A stretch of 63,850 nucleotides of DNA, the filler included, from Octopus bimaculoides (Eukaryota), in NCBI RefSeq assembly GCF_001194135.2. It is 9 parts of 8 records of this genome, joined end to end, with 100 filler letters (N's around TTAATTAATTAA, not from the genome) between each part and the next. Parts side by side here need not be neighbours in the genome. Positions count along the whole stretch, not along the records: positions 18,952 to 32,989 come from NC_068982.1; positions 33,090 to 35,629 come from NC_069010.1; 7 more parts are not named here. The stretch is one strand, 5' to 3'. Below, piece after piece: positions 23,666 through 35,629 of this stretch. The notes beneath the pieces are model-generated. The model was given only the letters and a program-made list of their open reading frames with translations, made no database searches and was not told the origin of the DNA. The position numbers and the translations under genes are program-made. Numbering within the stretch: position 1 is the stretch's first letter; each line of letters begins with the position of its first letter.

Positions 23666-24055
23666 ACTCTTCTTTTAATTTTGACTCTATATCTTCTGGA
23701 AGAGTTACCTCAATCCTTTATATATTAACCCAAAGGAAGTAGATTGACGAAATTATTTTTTGAACCTGTTGAAGACATACAGGATGTCGAAATATCGTTC
23801 ACTAGATGACAATGGCACTCTTCTTTTAATTTTGACTCTATATCTTCTGGAGGAGTTACCTCAATCCTTTAAATATTAACCCANNNNNNNNNNTTATTTT
23901 TTGAACCTGTTGAAGACATACAGGATGTCGAAATATCGTTCACTAGATGACAATGGCACTCTTCTTTTAATTTTGACTCTATATCTTCTGGAGGAGTTAC
24001 CTCAATCCTTTAAATATTAACCCAAATGAAGTAGATTGACAAAATTATTTTTTGA
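23666..24055. repeat. ~150-bp tandem repeat, ~2.6 copies
   Basis: ctcttcttttaattttgactctatatcttctgg..gttacctcaatcc recurs at ~23667, ~23817 and ~23958; a 10-N gap lies inside. Confidence 0.85.
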
Positions 24056-25443
24056 AACAGAAAATTTAAAAGACTCAATATCATAGATGAGAGGAAAACA
24101 AAACGAAGGTAGTAAGTTCCAGAGAATAGCAGTTCAAGAAAAGAAGCTATGAGAATAAAAAGACTTATGACTAACAGAAAGCTCAACATGGATGCACCTG
24201 GAAAAAGAAGCAAGTGACATGTTTAAAGAAATGTCTTCAACATCACTATTACGATTCAAAGTTCTCCCTGCTATAAATAACAAGCCACCGTCTTGAAAAG
24301 AGTAGTATATTAAATGTTATAGGCAAACAATGCCCGATAGACGGTTTGATCAGTCAGTGTTGTTCTTGGGCTAAATAACAGTAGCAGCGGCAGTAGCAGC
24401 AGCGCTATTTAAATGGAGAAAATTTTAATGAAGTACGATAAATTTAACCTGTGAAACTGCACGTTATTCTCATTTATTTGTACACCAAGTGCATACATGA
24501 TAAAACACTCTTTCATGTTATTAATGAGAATGTCATTTCTCTCTCAAATTTATTCACTGGTTTCTTCGAAATTTGTACATCCTTTTCTTCCCGCCCCATT
24601 TCAACTTTCCTCGTACAACACGCAGCCTTCCCAGTGTTTTATTTTCAATATTAGTCTCCCATACAAGAATTAATTTATTTTTAATAATCTATATTTTTGT
24701 TCAGCAAAATTCACTTAGAAGTAAATTTTATCGCATTTTCAAGTGAAAAGAAAATTTCAGAAATTAATGTTTTTCATGCATTATACGAAAGAATTGCCTC
24801 CCTTACTTCAAATGTAAGGGAGATAATCCAGCTGCTAAACGAAGAATCCTCTTAAATGAAGTCCCGTTGAAAGAAATTTTTCTCATCTATTTTATGTATG
24901 CTGAAAGGATAAAGTTTCGGACTCTGTTCCACTGCATGGCACCTTGGGTGAGTCACTTCTACAACTATAGCCCCGGACTGATCAACGTCTTGTAATTGAA
25001 TTTGATTGATGGAAATAAATAAATAAATACACAGCTTGCTTCCCAACTACATGGTTCCGGGTTCAGTTCCACTGCGTGGTTTCTTTGGCAAGTGTCTTCT
25101 ACTATAGACTCGGGTCGACTGAAGTCTTGTGAGTGGATTTGGTAGACGGAAACTGAAAAAGCCCGTCGTATATGTATATGCATGTGTGTGTGTATGTCTG
25201 TGTGTTTGTCCCCCTAACATCGTTTGACAACCGATGGTGGAGTGTTTATACCCCCGTAACTTAGCGATTTGGCAAAAGTGAGCGATAGAATAATTACTAG
25301 GTTTAAGTTCTGGGGTCGATTTGCTCGACTAAAGGCGGTGCTCGAACATGGCTGCAGTCAGATGACAAACAAATAGAATAAAAGAATATATATAAGTATA
25401 TATACTATTCTCTCTCTCCCTCTTAAATACATACATACATACA

Positions 25444-25475
<32 letters not shown>

Positions 25476-26324
25476 CACACACACACACACACACANNNNN
25501 NNNNNNNNNNNNNNNNNNNNNNNNNNNNNNNNNNNNNNNNNNNNNNNNNNNNNNNNNNNNNNNNNNNNNNNNNNNNNNNNNNNNNNNNNNNNNNNNNNNN
25601 NNNNNNNNNNNNNNNNNNNNNNNNNNNNNNNNNNNNNNNNNNNNNNNNNNNNNNNNNNNNNNNNNNNNNNNNNNNNNNNNNNNNNNNNNNNNNNNNNNNN
25701 NNNNNNNNNNNNNNNNNNNNNNNNNNNNNNNNNNNNNNNNNNNNNNNNNNNNNNNNNNNNNNNNNNNNNNNNNNNNNNNNNNNNNNNNNNNNNNNNNNNN
25801 NNNNNNNNNNNNNNNNNNNNNNNNNNNNNNNNNNNNNNNNNNNNNNNNNNNNNNNNNNNNNNNNNNNNNNNNNNNNNNNNNNNNNNNNNNNNNNNNNNNN
25901 NNNNNNNNNNNNNNNNNNNNNNNNNNNNNNNNNNNNNNNNNNNNNNNNNNNNNNNNNNNNNNNNNNNNNNNNNNNNNNNNNNNNNNNNNNNNNNNNNNNN
26001 NNNNNNNNNNNNNNNNNNNNNNNNNNNNNNNNNNNNNNNNNNNNNNNNACCTACCTACCTACCTACCTACCTACTTGTCTACCTATCTATGTCCATCCAT
26101 CCATCCATCCATCCATCCATCCATCCATCCATCCATCCATCCATCCATCCATCCGTCCGTCCGTCCGTGGTGTGGGAAGATATGGTGCTGCAGATTCAAA
26201 ATATTAACTTCAAAGACAGACCTTTTAAAACAAACTGCACTGTTAATTTTGTTAAGTTTTTATTTTACATGTTTGCAGTGTCCCTGTTCAAACACATCTA
26301 TTCATTGAATCCATCGTTCCTTTA

Positions 26325-26925
26325 CCAAATTAATCTCCAGTAACTTTCTATTTGTTCTGTTGATGGGATGCTTTTTACTAATATTTTATTTTTGTTGAAG
26401 TTGTAATAGACTGATGTGGGCTCTCTACCAAACAATCTATTCAGAGTTTTTCGCTTATAATCTTCAGATTTATATTTTGATTTCTCTGTTGTCGCTGTTA
26501 GTGCTTGAGTCATCTGGTGGTGTTTGGAATAATGGTTTTGAGTCATCGAGCTGCTTTCCTAGTTTTCCTTAACTGATCATGATGTTTCCGGAATTTGTTG
26601 ACCATGTTGTACTTGATAACTACGACAATCTGCAGGTTAGTTTTACGAATAAAGAGAATTTCATTCAAGTTGTAAGCTCAGCCCGGCTCCAGATGACGAC
26701 TTCTGTCTTTACTGTACAGCTTCAGCCGATAGCTGGTAGGCTAGCGATATTGTTGTTGACACATATATCAAAACATTTATAATCTCGTATTTGGGTTCGG
26801 ATACAATAGTCACTAGATAGCTTCCCGCTGTTTCATCTATCGCCTCCAGGTCTGATTTTGAAAACAAGATGTTTTCCTTCACAATCTTACCACGAAGCCG
26901 GTGGCCGGTCAAAATTAACTCTAAA
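26325..26925 (-). mobile_element. Dong/R4-clade LINE fragment (region N-terminal to RT)
   Basis: KTLNRLFGREPTSVYYNFNKNKILVKSIPSTEQIESYWRLIW matches the R4/Dong pre-RT pattern (N.LF...FY...P..E..E.FW..IW). Confidence 0.65.
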
Positions 26926-26956
26926 TTAGAAAGAGATCATACATACATACATGATG

Positions 26957-27445
26957 ATTGCCACTTCTTTACAGAAGAAGGCCATCTCATCAATTAATAA
27001 ATACTGTCATGCGATCTTAGATGATTAGCAAGTCCTGGTCTTGACAAACAAACTCTCCTGTAGATCTTACAAATATTTTTAGGCAGAAAAGTGTCTGGGA
27101 TTGTAGTTAAGTCCTGTCTACGAAATGCTCGTTTCAAGAGAGATTGTTCAATTCTTCGACCTTCAAATGCTTTACATCTATCGTAGATCATTTGTTTCGA
27201 AACTGATCGATCTTGCGTCATCTGCTCCCAGTCTTCAACTTTTACATTAAGAGCGTTAAGGTTAGTTTTGACAGCATCCCTAAAACGTTTCTTAGAGTTT
27301 GTGTCTCAGACGTTTGCCACACTACAATTCCCCGTAAAACAACTGCTTGGCAACCTGTCATCCTGCATCCAAGCAAGGTGCCCAACCCAACGCATCTGAT
27401 TGAGTATGAAGATCATTTCAATACTGGATGTGTTAGCTTGCTGAA
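26957..27445 (-). mobile_element. RTE (BovB-like) LINE 3' end with one C2H2-like finger
   Basis: RWVGHLAWMQDDRLP..., KRFRDAVKTNL...W...QDRS..., CKIYRRVCLSRPGLANHLRSH. (TACA)n lies on both flanks. Confidence 0.85.
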
Positions 27446-27478
27446 GAACAACGGTACATACATACATACATACATATT

Positions 27479-27850
27479 GGCACTCCGTCGCTTACGACGT
27501 CGAGGGTTCCAGTTGATACGATCAACGGAACAGCCTGCTCGTGAAATTAACGTGCAAGTGGCACTCCACAGACACGTGTACCCTTAACGTAGTTCTCGGG
27601 GATATTCAGCGTGACACAGTGTGACAAGGCTGACCCTTTGAATTACAGGCACAACAGAAACAGGAAGTAAGAGTGAGAGAAAGTTATGGTGGAAGAGTAC
27701 AGCAGGGTTCGCCACCATCCCCTGTCGGAGCCTCGTGGAGCTTTAAGTGCTTTCGCTCAATAAACACTCACAACGCCCGGTCTGGGAATCGAAACCACGA
27801 TCCTATGACCACGAGTCCGCTGCCCTAACCACTGGGCCATTGCGCCTCCA
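27479..27850 (-). mobile_element. SINE family C, full length
   Basis: Reverse complement of the 17708-18075 family, between (TACA)n tracts. Confidence 0.85.
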
Positions 27851-27883
27851 CATATACATACATACATACATACATATATACAT

Positions 27884-28148
27884 GGTGGTTGTCTACTCCT
27901 TACACAGAGTTTGACCACCTCCTGCACCTACACCTTAGCCCTTTCATGGCGTCTGATGTGGCTTTTTAAACCAGACAATGTTTTGAAAAAACACCCACAC
28001 AGATTGCACCTCTGATTTGCACTACCAATACCTGCAAGTAAGTTCTGCTCATTGTGGATCCTAACATGTCTTTTAAGACCCCAATTGGATTTGCAAGCCC
28101 TCTGGCACACACCACATTCAAACGTGTGTACAGACATATAATCAGACA
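27884..28148 (-). mobile_element. RTE LINE 3' end (short copy, two C2H2 fingers)
   Basis: Nearly identical to 28437-28692. Encodes FECGVCQRACKSNWGLKRHVRIH and CNLCGCFFKTLSGLKSHIRRH. Confidence 0.85.
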
Positions 28149-28436
28149 CATACATACATACATACATACATATATACGAGAATCTGGATAAACTGGGATT
28201 TTCAGAAAGAGAAATCGACCGGCTAATTCGTACATTACAAGTGCAATCTGAGAGTGGAACCGTAAAAATATGCAAGACTTTTCTCAAGTTACAAATGTGA
28301 ATTTGTCTGAGTTAACTACATCCAAATGATGGCGCCTTGTATCTTTGTTGGAAACCGGCTCTCTCCTCAGTGGAAGATTTATAACAATTAAAAAATAGAA
28401 GAGATATACATACATACATTTTTTTTTTTTTTTTTT

Positions 28437-28997
28437 TGGTTGTCTACTCCTTAAACAGAGTTTGACCACCTCCTGCACCTACACCTTAGCCCTTTCATGG
28501 CGTCTGATGTGGCTTTTTAAACCAGACAGTGTTTTGAAAAAACACCCACACAGATTGCACCTCTGATTTGCACTACCAATACCTGCAAGTAAGTTCTGCT
28601 CATTGTGGATCCTAACATGTCTTTTAAGACCCCCATTGGATTTGCAAACCCTCTGGCACACACCACATTCAAACGTGTGCACAGACATATAATCAGAATA
28701 GCTGGATGAGGTTTGTTTTCCATGGGTTCGCAGGTGAGATTTGAGGCCAGCCAAGGACAGACATGGTCTGTCACAGACTGTGCACACAAAAAGGTCCTTG
28801 TCATTCACCTTCTCAGTCTTTACATTTTTCCTTAAATGTCTCTTGAGCCCTGCTTGCATCATCCTGGCCTCTTCAAATGCTTTCACTCCACTCCACACCC
28901 TTGTTCGCCATCCAACTCGATCTGAAGCGAGGACTTCTATATCTTTTGGAGCCATTCCAATTGACTTCATAGCAGTCCTTATGCCATCCTTAAACCT
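28437..28997 (-). mobile_element. RTE LINE 3' end with an intact ORF tail, three C2H2 fingers and a poly(A) tail
   Basis: Uninterrupted RFKDGIRTAMKSIG...W.VLASDRVGWR..., then CTVCDRPCLSLAGLKSHLRTH, CGVCQRVCKSNGGLKRHVRIH and CNLCGCFFKTLSGLKSHIRRH. A poly(T) on the plus strand lies at ~28418-28436. Confidence 0.88.
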
Positions 28998-30034
28998 ACA
29001 TACATACATACATACTTGCCTATTTATTTACCTACAGGCGCAGTGACAGAAATTCAGATTCAGTCCGACTGCGCAGCTTCCTTGGTTCAATGTCTTCCGC
29101 TATAGCCCCGTGCCATTCAATACTTTGATACAAGTATTACTAGTGATTCAAGTATTACAATTAATTTTTAGTCTATTTTTCTTTTATTTTCCTTATTTTG
29201 TTTTCCTGTTTTCTTTTATTTTCTAAACAATTCTGTTTCTTTTTATGCCAATCTATGCACAACCTTCTACTTATGTTTAATGATTCTCGTGACGCTACTT
29301 CGGCTAAAATACAGTGAAATCTGTACTTTACTGCTGAAGTAATAAAAATACCAAATCATGCCAAGAATTTACAATATAACTAAAATAATATTTCACATTA
29401 ATGAATATTGCTTATTTCATCAACACTTAATTATTTCTGGTTAGCTTTAAATACAGCGTTCATTAAATAATTTTACACTAAATAACATAATCGGTGTAAC
29501 GTTTGCCAAGTTTTGGAATTTATGACATAGGAACGCCAGCAAATGGAACACGATCGTAAACACACATCTAAAACAGAATAAAGTCCGTATCAATTTATAC
29601 GCCCGATTCAAGAACAAATATATGTAAATCCTTTAATTACTGTTATTTTTTTTTTATCACAGACTGAAACCCTTGCGATTCAATCCAGCCGGGAGATCGT
29701 ATTTCTTATAGCTGATCAAATATCAGCTTATTCTATGAACGGATTCGTTTCTCTCGGGTGATGTAGCTAATAAAAGAGATAAAGCAATAGTTTATAAGCA
29801 TGGATTTTCTAGCTTTGTTATCTTATATAACCAGGTGCGCATAAATAGTAATTACAGTTTTATTTTAAATGCCTGTAAACCAAATACGATAAACACTAGG
29901 GAAATCGGTTATTAAATCACTGCACTCAGACACCGGCAAAAAGTATTAAAAAGCAACATTAAATAGAAACATGAAAAAGAAAATAAAGTAATTCACTCAA
30001 AAAGAGCGAAAAAGGTACCATTACTGATATAGTT

Positions 30035-30372
30035 ACTGGTACTTCGTCGGTTACGACGATAAAGGTTCAGTTGATCCGAACGGAGCAATCTGCTCGTGGA
30101 ATTAACATGCAGCTGGCTGAGCACTCCACAATATCGTATACCCCGAGAACTACGTTAAACGTTGTTCTCGGGGAGATTCAGCGCGACACAGAATGTGACA
30201 CAGTCGGCCCAATTGAATTATAGGTACAACTCATATTTTGCTAGCTGAGTGGACTGGAGCAACGTGAAATAAAGTGTCTTGCTCAAGGATACAACGCTCC
30301 ACCAGGAATTGAACTCAGGACTTCACGATCCTGAGCCGAATGCCTCTAATAACTAAGCCACGTGCCTTCACA
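30035..30372 (-). mobile_element. SINE family C-related copy with a different head
   Basis: Shares the family C 3' body (ggttcagttgatccg...ctcgtggaattaacatgc...gcgacacagaatgtgaca). Confidence 0.7.
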
Positions 30373-30893
30373 CTGTTATAGCTAATAGGGTTGTTTAGCC
30401 CCAAGTCAAACCTGATCAAGTAGATCATCCTGTTTCTTTCAGGAATATTTAAGTTTACCTTATCTAATGTAATGGTTTTTTGAATCTCAGACAGTAGGTT
30501 GTGGTTTTCGGTAGATATAACTGTTATTTTCGAAAGGCTGAGAGTCCAGATAGAAGTTCCCGTGTTGACTCGTCGCTGTTAGAATCTTCTTCTATAATAA
30601 TATTATTCAATTTGTCACGATGTTCGCGTGTTCGAGTGTTACGCAGTAAACAACTTTAACTATGGAAAGAATTTAACTATTCAAAGATATAATGGAAGAT
30701 GCTTACCATAATAAAAGAATTCTATAGACATGGCTGTGTGGTTAACAAGTTTGCTTTACAACTACGGTTCCGGGTTCAGTCTCACTGCACGGCATCTTAG
30801 GTAAATATCATCCACTATAACCCCGGGTCGATGAATGCCCTGTGAGTGAATTTGTGAACTCTTCGTATCCATCCATCCATCCATCCATCCATC

Positions 30894-30929
<36 letters not shown>

Positions 30930-31164
30930 ATACACACAAGCACACACACACATATATATATATTCACACAGGCGCAGAAGTGACTGTATGGTAAGTAGCT
31001 TGATCACTAATCACATGGTTCCTCGTTCAGTCCCACTGCGTGGCCCCTTGGGCAAGTGTCTTCTACTACAGTCTCGGGCCGACCAAAGCATTGTGAGTGA
31101 ATTTGGTAGACGGAAACTGAAAGAAGCTCGTCCTATATGTATATATATATGTATATGTCTGTGC

Positions 31165-31524
31165 GTCTGTGTTTGTCTCCCCACCATCATTTGACAACCG
31201 ATGTTGGTGTGTTTATGTCCCAGTAACTTAGCGGTTCGGCTTAAGAGACCGATAGAATAAGAACTGGGCTTACAAAGAATAAGTCCTGGGGTGGATTTGT
31301 TCGACTAAAGGTGGTGCTCTTACTCTGTACTCTTTTACTTGTTTCAGTTATTTGACTGCGGCCATGCCGGAGCACCACCTTTAGTCGAACAAATCCACCC
31401 CAGGACTTATTCTTTGTAAGCCCAGTTCTTATTCTATCGGTCTCTTAAGCCGAACCGCTGAGTTACTGGGACATAAACACTCCAACATCGGTTGTCAAAT
31501 GATGGTGGGGAGACAAACACAGAC
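31165..31524. repeat. Near-perfect inverted duplication of a SINE family A 3' half (155-bp arms, 50-bp spacer)
   Basis: Arms 31165-31319 and 31370-31524 differ at about two positions by eye. They share variants not seen in other copies (gaactgggc, ggggtggattt, cccagtaac, ttaagagacc). Confidence 0.88.
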
Positions 31525-31621
31525 ACACAAACATATACNNNNNNNNNNNNNNNNNNNNNNNNNNNNNNNNNNNNNNNNNNNNNNNNNNNNNNNNNNNNNN
31601 NNNTATATATATATATATCAT

Positions 31622-31914
31622 CCATTGTTCCTCTACCAGATCGGAAGCCACATTGAGATTCAAATAGGACATCATTTACGAGACATCCATTCAGAAGGGT
31701 AAGAAGAATATTTGCCAGAACCTTGCCAGCAGCTGATAGTCAAGCAATACTTCTGTAGTTACCACACATTGTTCTGGCTCTTTTTCCTTTATAGAGAGGA
31801 AGAATAATTGCATCCTTCCAGTCTTTAGGTATTGCACCATCCCTCCAGACTGCACTAATAAGTTCATGAAGAGACTGTATGATGTAATCTGGAAAAAATG
31901 GAGTCCTGCCACAT
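31622..31914 (-). mobile_element. RTE LINE reverse-transcriptase N-terminal fragment
   Basis: LHELISAVWRDGAIPKDWKDAIILPLYKGK...CGNYRSI.LLSAAGKVLANILL..L...ESQCGFRSGRGTMD. Confidence 0.9.
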
Positions 31915-32697
31915 GAGCAGAGGGGCTGCAAGTGTAAGTGCAGAGGTACCAAGGATCAACTCCTGGTAGACAAAACTGTATTTAGAGACCACAAGAGGAG
32001 GAAAACTAACTTAGCCATGTCATGGATCGATTATAGTAAGGCGTACGATAGGATCCCACATTCTTGGATTATGGAATGTATGAATCTATTTGGTATTGCA
32101 TCGAATGTTGAGCGACTGCTTGGAAAAAGTATGGCGAAGTGGAGGACGGGACTGACAGCATATGGAAGAAGTTTAGGGACAATAGAAATCAGGAGAGGCA
32201 TCTTCCAAGGGGACTGCTTGTCCCCACTGCTCTTTGTACTGTGCATGATAGAAACCACTAATACTGAGTCTGAGGAACGCAAAGGCTGGTTATGTATTCA
32301 AAAGCCGCCAACAAAAAGTCAACCGCTTGTTATTCATGGTAAAGATGAATCCCAAGTCAGTTCCCTCGTTGATACGGTATATACTTTCAGTGCCAATATC
32401 AGAATGGAATTCGAACTGAAAAAGTGAGGTGTGTTAGTCTTGAAGAGAGGCAAAATCAAATGTATGGATGGGCTAGCGATACCGTTGGGGGAGGTTATGA
32501 AGCAGATAGAAGAGACGGCCTATAAATACTTGGGGATATTGTAAATGGATAAATTGATGGAGAAAGAAATAACAGAAAAATTTAAGGTAGAGTACGTGCA
32601 CAGATTGAGACTGATCCTTAAGTCGAAATTAAACGGACGGGGAGTGAACAGCTGGCACCGTAGTACAGCTCCAGCGATAGAAGCTGTGCGAAGACAA
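31915..32697 (+). mobile_element. Dong/R4-clade LINE RT fragment, internally deleted, ending in its 3' UTR plus (TAA)n
   Basis: [56 protein letters not shown] and YKYLGIL. The catalytic DD is missing (LLFM|GK). The sequence jumps from KSKLNGR directly to the 3' UTR. Confidence 0.92.
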
Positions 32698-32745
32698 TAA
32701 ATAATGATAAAAATAATAATAATGATAATAATAATAATAATGATG

Positions 32746-32785
<40 letters not shown>

Positions 32786-33372
32786 ACACACACACTTATA
32801 TATATAGGCGCAAGAGGGTCTGTGTGGTAAGTAGCTTGTGTACCAGCCACATGGTTCTGGGTTCAGTCTCACAGCGTGGCCCCTTGGGCAAGTGTCTTCT
32901 ACTGTAGCCTCGGGCCGACCAAAGTCTTGTGAGTGGATTTGGTAGACGGAAACTGAAAGATGCCTTATATATATATATATATATATATANNNNNNNNNNN
33001 NNNNNNNNNNNNNNNNNNNNNNNNNNNNNNNNNTTAATTAATTAANNNNNNNNNNNNNNNNNNNNNNNNNNNNNNNNNNNNNNNNNNNNATTTTGTCCCT
33101 AATATTATTATAATTTTCTAATTTATAATTAACGTTTATTGTTTGTATTTAACTTTCAATTTTTCGTTGATTATAGAATTTACAGGTAGGATTGAGCCAC
33201 TGTTTTGGAATTCATCTTTTGGAATTCATATTTTGTGCTTTTAATTGTTAATTTTTCTATATGTCATAGTGGATTTTCATCGATGAGTTCTTGAAACTTG
33301 GTTATTTTCCCTAAAACTATATATTTTATATATATTTTAATCTATAAAGCTCAATTTAATTTTAATTTTTTA

Positions 33373-33612
<240 letters not shown>

Positions 33613-34825
33613 CTATCTCTCTTTCTTTCTCTTTCACTTTTATCTCTCTTTCTGTCTCTCTTTTCTTCCCTCTCTCTTTCTCTCTCTCACTCACTTTTAT
33701 GACACACTCTTATATTTGTGACATATCTTTGTGTTGTATCATTACAAAGATGTATTTAGGATATGTTCATAGCATCACTACCAACCACCACCACCACCAC
33801 CATCACCACCACCACCAACACCACCACCAACACCACCACCACCNNNNNNNNNNNNNNNNNNNNNNNNNNNNNNNNNNNNNNNNNNNNNNNNNNNNNNNNN
33901 NNNNNNNNNNNNNNNNNNNNNNNNNNNNNNNNNNNNNNNNNNNNNNNNNNNNNNNNNNNNNNNNNNNNNNNNNNNNNNNNNNNNNNNNNNNNNNNNNNNN
34001 NNNNNNNNNNNNNNNNNNNNNNNNNNNNNNNNNNNNNNNNNNNNNNNNNNNNNNNNNNNNNNNNNNNNNNNNNNNNNNNNNNNNNNNNNNNNNNNNNNNN
34101 NNNNNNNNNNNNNNNNNNNNNNNNNNNNNNNNNNNNNNNNNNNNNNNNNNNNNNNNNNNNNNNNNNNNNNNNNNNNNNNNNNNNNNNNNNNNNNNNNNNN
34201 NNNNNNNNNNNNNNNNNNNNNNNNNNNNNNNNNNNNNNNNNNNNNNNNNNNNNNNNNNNNNNNNNNNNNNNNNNNNNNNNNNNNNNNNNNNNNNNNNNNN
34301 NNNNNNNNNNNNNNNNNNNNNNNNNNNNNNNNNNNNNNNNNNNNNNNNNNNNNNNNNNNNNNNNNNNNNNNNNNNNNNNNNNNNNNNNNNNNNNNNNNNN
34401 NNNNNNNNNNNNNNNNNNNNNNNNNNNNNNNNNNNNNNNNNNNNNNNNNNNNNNNNNNNNNNNNNNNNNNNNNNNNNNNNNNNNNNNNNNNNNNNNNNNN
34501 NNNNNNNNNNNNNNNNNNNNNNNNNNNNNNNNNNNNNNNNNNNNNNNNNNNNNNNNNNNNNNNNNNNNNNNNNNNNNNNNNNNNNNNNNNNNNNNNNNNN
34601 NNNNNNNNNNNNNNNNNNNNNNNNNNNNNNNNNNNNNNNNNNNNNNNNNNNNNNNNNNNNNNNNNNNNNNNNNNNNNNNNNNNNNNNNNNNNNNNNNNNN
34701 NNNNNNNNNNNNNNNNNNNNNNNNNNNNNNNNNNNNNNNNNNNNNNNNNNNNNNNNNNNNNNNNNNNNNNNNNNNNNNNNNNNNNNNNNNNNNNNNNNNN
34801 NNNNNNNNNNNNNNNNNNNNNNNNN

Positions 34826-35135
34826 AGCCTCGGGCCGACCAAAGCCTTGTGAGTGGATTTGGTAGACGGAAACTGAAAGAAGCCTGTCGTATATATGTAT
34901 GTGTGTGTATATGTTTGCATGTCTGTGTTTGTTCCCCCCCTCCCCAACGTCGCTTGACAACTGATGCTGGTGTGTTTACATCCCCCGTAACTTAGCAGTT
35001 CGGCAAAAGAGAACCGATAGAATAAGTACTAGGCATCCAAAGAATAAGTCCTGGGGGTCAATTTGCTCGACTAAAGGCGGTGCTCCAGCATGGCCGCAGT
35101 CAAATGACTGAAACAAGTAAAAGAGTAAAAGAGAG
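34826..35135 (+). mobile_element. SINE family A, 3' two-thirds
   Basis: agcctcgggccgaccaaagccttgtgagtggatttggtagacgg... through the tail gactgaaacaagtaaaagagtaaaagag. Confidence 0.85.
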
Positions 35136-35378
35136 TATATGTAATCATATATATATATGTACGGTGTTGCCATCCGGTGTCACCAGTCCTCAGTCAAATC
35201 GTCCAACCCATGCTAGCATGGAAAGCGGACGTTAAACGATGATGATGATGATGATGATGATACAGGTTTAGTTCACAGGTAACCTAAATGATTAGGTACG
35301 CTAGGTAAGTGCTGTAACAGATTACTGAGGCTCGAAGGTTATGGTGGCGAAGATGGTAGTTACGGAGCTATTGCTATT

Positions 35379-35629
35379 GCCTTGTGAGTGGATTTGGAAG
35401 ACAGAAACTGAAAGAAGCCCATCATAAATACACATAAGTGTGTGTGTGTGTGTGTGTGTGGTAAGAAGCTTGCTTACCAACCACATGGTTCCGGGTTCAG
35501 TCCCACTGTGCAGCACTTTGGGCAAAGTGTCTTCCACTATAGCCTCGGGCCGACCAAAGCCTTGTGAGTGGATTTGGAAGACAGAAACTGAAAGAAGCCC
35601 ATCATAAATACACATAAGTGTGTGTGTGT
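35379..35629 (+). repeat. 180-bp tandem duplication of a SINE family A head segment
   Basis: gccttgtgagtggatttggaagacagaaactgaaagaagcccatcataaatacacataagtgtg is identical at ~35379 and ~35559. Confidence 0.85.

Noticed and set aside
27928-29009. C2H2 ORFs as a host zinc-finger gene
   Set aside because: They are contiguous with RTE C-terminal motifs, intronless, 5'-truncated and poly(A)-tailed. The ATG starts come from the (ATGT)n flank.
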